A DNA stretch of 64,000 nt from assembly GCA_001949185.1 (NCBI GenBank), contig BDGG01000011.1:641552-705551 (forward strand), read 5' to 3'. The position numbers and the translations under genes were made by a program. Shown here one piece after another: positions 62,419 to 64,000 of the stretch (position 1 is the first letter of the stretch; every line of letters starts with the position of its first letter). The DNA is from Ramazzottius varieornatus (lineage: Eukaryota; Animalia; Tardigrada). The notes below the pieces were generated by a model. That model ran no database searches and had not been told where the DNA came from. It saw only the letters and a list, made by a program, of their open reading frames with translations.

Positions 62419-64000
62419 ATGAAGCGCCGGTCGAGGGATAACCTGTTGGTATCGGTGGCGCTGCTGCTGACGTTGAGCTCCTTACTTCCCTTGTCGGAAG
62501 GTGCTAGTCTGCTGAATGCTCTGGGCTCCAAAGAGTCTTTCCTCCTTCGCCTGTTGTATGGACCATCGTGGGCAGCCCTGACACATCTGCACAGCTTCCG
62601 CATGAACTTTGTGGGCTTTCAGTGCGACAAAACGGAGGACTGCATAACTGGCCATTGTGCCGACGATGGCAAGAATGTCAAACGTTGTGTCTGTGCGCCG
62701 GACGAGGTCGACCATCCCGTGGCCGTCATACGCGGCGTCCAGTTTGAATGGAAAATCTGCCTTAAAAGTAAGATTGGTTGGAAAGTCGGTCGAAACAACC
62801 CGACCAAAACGTCTTCCCCAAGTGGCGCACGATTCCAGTCTTTTTGGTCGAAACCATGCGCCACTTGCAATAAAGTTTTTATCGAGTTGTTCCAAGTGGC
62901 GCACGGTTCTAAATTATTGATCTGGAGCGTGCGTCACCTGGGGAAACAATCGTGTGGATGCTTTCTCAGGTGGCGCAGGCTGTCGGTCTCGTTGAACGAA
63001 AGTCTGTGCCACTTGGGACACAAATCTCCTTGAGCCCCGCCTGAAGGAATACGTCCCTTTCTTATCCTTCGCTGCTAACCATGGCTTTTCCCCATTTTGT
63101 AGAGCGTTCGTACGGACAAAAGTGTCTGGTAGACAAGCAGTGCTCGGCGAAGGCCGGCAACAGTTTCTGTGAGGGCGTGTCGGCGGCCAGTGCCGGACAG
63201 TGCGTCTGCGAGGATTACTTCAAGCCCATCAACATCAACGGAGTCCTGGCTTGTACACCCGGTAAGTGGACGACTATTACACCCGCCATTTCACGCTCTT
63301 GACACCGATTACAATACCAAGTGCTATAATATGTACAAGCTGGCTCAACTGGATCTCTTGACAGATCGCTTAGGCGGGCAGTGTGCTCAGGATGACGATT
63401 GCTCGGCAATTAAAATATTGAGCGACGAGGGAAGAGTTATTAACGTGCCAACCATCCATTCAGTCTGCCAACGCCCCGACAATGGGACGGACCAGAGCAC
63501 CCGCTGTACGTGTCCGCCGGGCTTCGAGAACTCCACAGACGGACTGGCCTGCCAAGGTAATTAAAACATACAATCTCACAAGACCCCACGGCCTTTGCTC
63601 TAACCTCCTTCTCATCCAGATATCAACGAGTGTGCTTCGCAATATCCGGACGGACCGTGTGCGGTGAATGGGCGAGACAACCCAGCGGTCCTGTGCGTCA
63701 ACCGACCTGGGTCCTACGAGTGTAAATGCCAGTACAAATTCGGTATCCAGAATGGTAATGGCGATCACGGCATTTGTAAGTGGGACGAGTACAACATCCT
63801 GTCCAACTTACAGCACAGAAGCCAATTTCAGGTCTTTCTTATCAAAACAGGTTGCGAAGCGGGCTTCTTTCCCTGCCGTTCGGGATCGCGGTGCTTCCGG
63901 CTAGAAGAGTTCTGTAATGGTGTGCCCGACTGTTTGGACGATTGTTCAGATGAGAAAATGTACTTTTGCAATTTCAACGACGTCTATCCGGCACCGGACT
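62419..64000 (+). CDS. Secreted/membrane Cys-rich protein with EB-like modules, Ca-binding EGF and LDLa domains; 3' end outside window
   Basis: Signal peptide LLVSVALLLTLSSLLPLSEGA; modules CDKTEDCITGHC..CVC, YGQKCLVDKQC..C..CVC, LGGQCAQDDDC..CTCPPGFENSTDGLAC; cbEGF DINEC..CVNRPGSYECKC; LDLa CEAGFFPCRSGSRC..FCNGVPDCLDDCSDE. Confidence 0.85.
62786..63030. mobile_element. Three-unit foldback element (EGF/LDLa gene intron)
   Basis: Cores at 62819, 62893 and 62967, a 74-bp period. Confidence 0.8.

Overview
Compact, intron-rich animal genomic DNA. There are about 18 spliced genes in 64 kb, with GT-AG introns that are mostly 50-350 nt. I infer an ecdysozoan, possibly a tardigrade such as Ramazzottius, but this is not proven. 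Gene order: MFSD6-like transporter (+), BLTP3/UHRF1BP1-like lipid transfer protein (-), secreted Gly/Asn/Gln-rich repeat protein (+), BMPR2/wishful thinking receptor (-), FAM210 (+), HUS1 (+), actin (-), HSDL2 (+), signal-peptide stefin with an in-frame stop (+), PKA catalytic subunit (+), C1GALT1-like galactosyltransferase (-), a 64-aa putative GPI-anchored micropeptide (+), NPL4 (-), a small secreted Cys-motif protein (-), two tandem trehalase genes (+), an intronless reticulon (+), and the 5' part of an EGF/LDLa extracellular protein (+). The main unexplained structure is a family of about 40 dispersed, mostly intronic foldback elements. Each is built from a conserved 12-bp core (CAAGTGGCGCAC) that alternates in orientation every ~36-37 bp, giving a 72-75 bp unit. 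The spacers are fixed in length but degenerate in sequence, and they are independently inverted. Other highlights: the second trehalase is intact but lacks the catalytic Asp; PKA has an unlisted alternative C-terminal exon and candidate alternative first exons; HSDL2 lacks a PTS1; and there are several orphan secreted proteins. Exon boundaries and repeat limits were read by eye and are approximate where stated.
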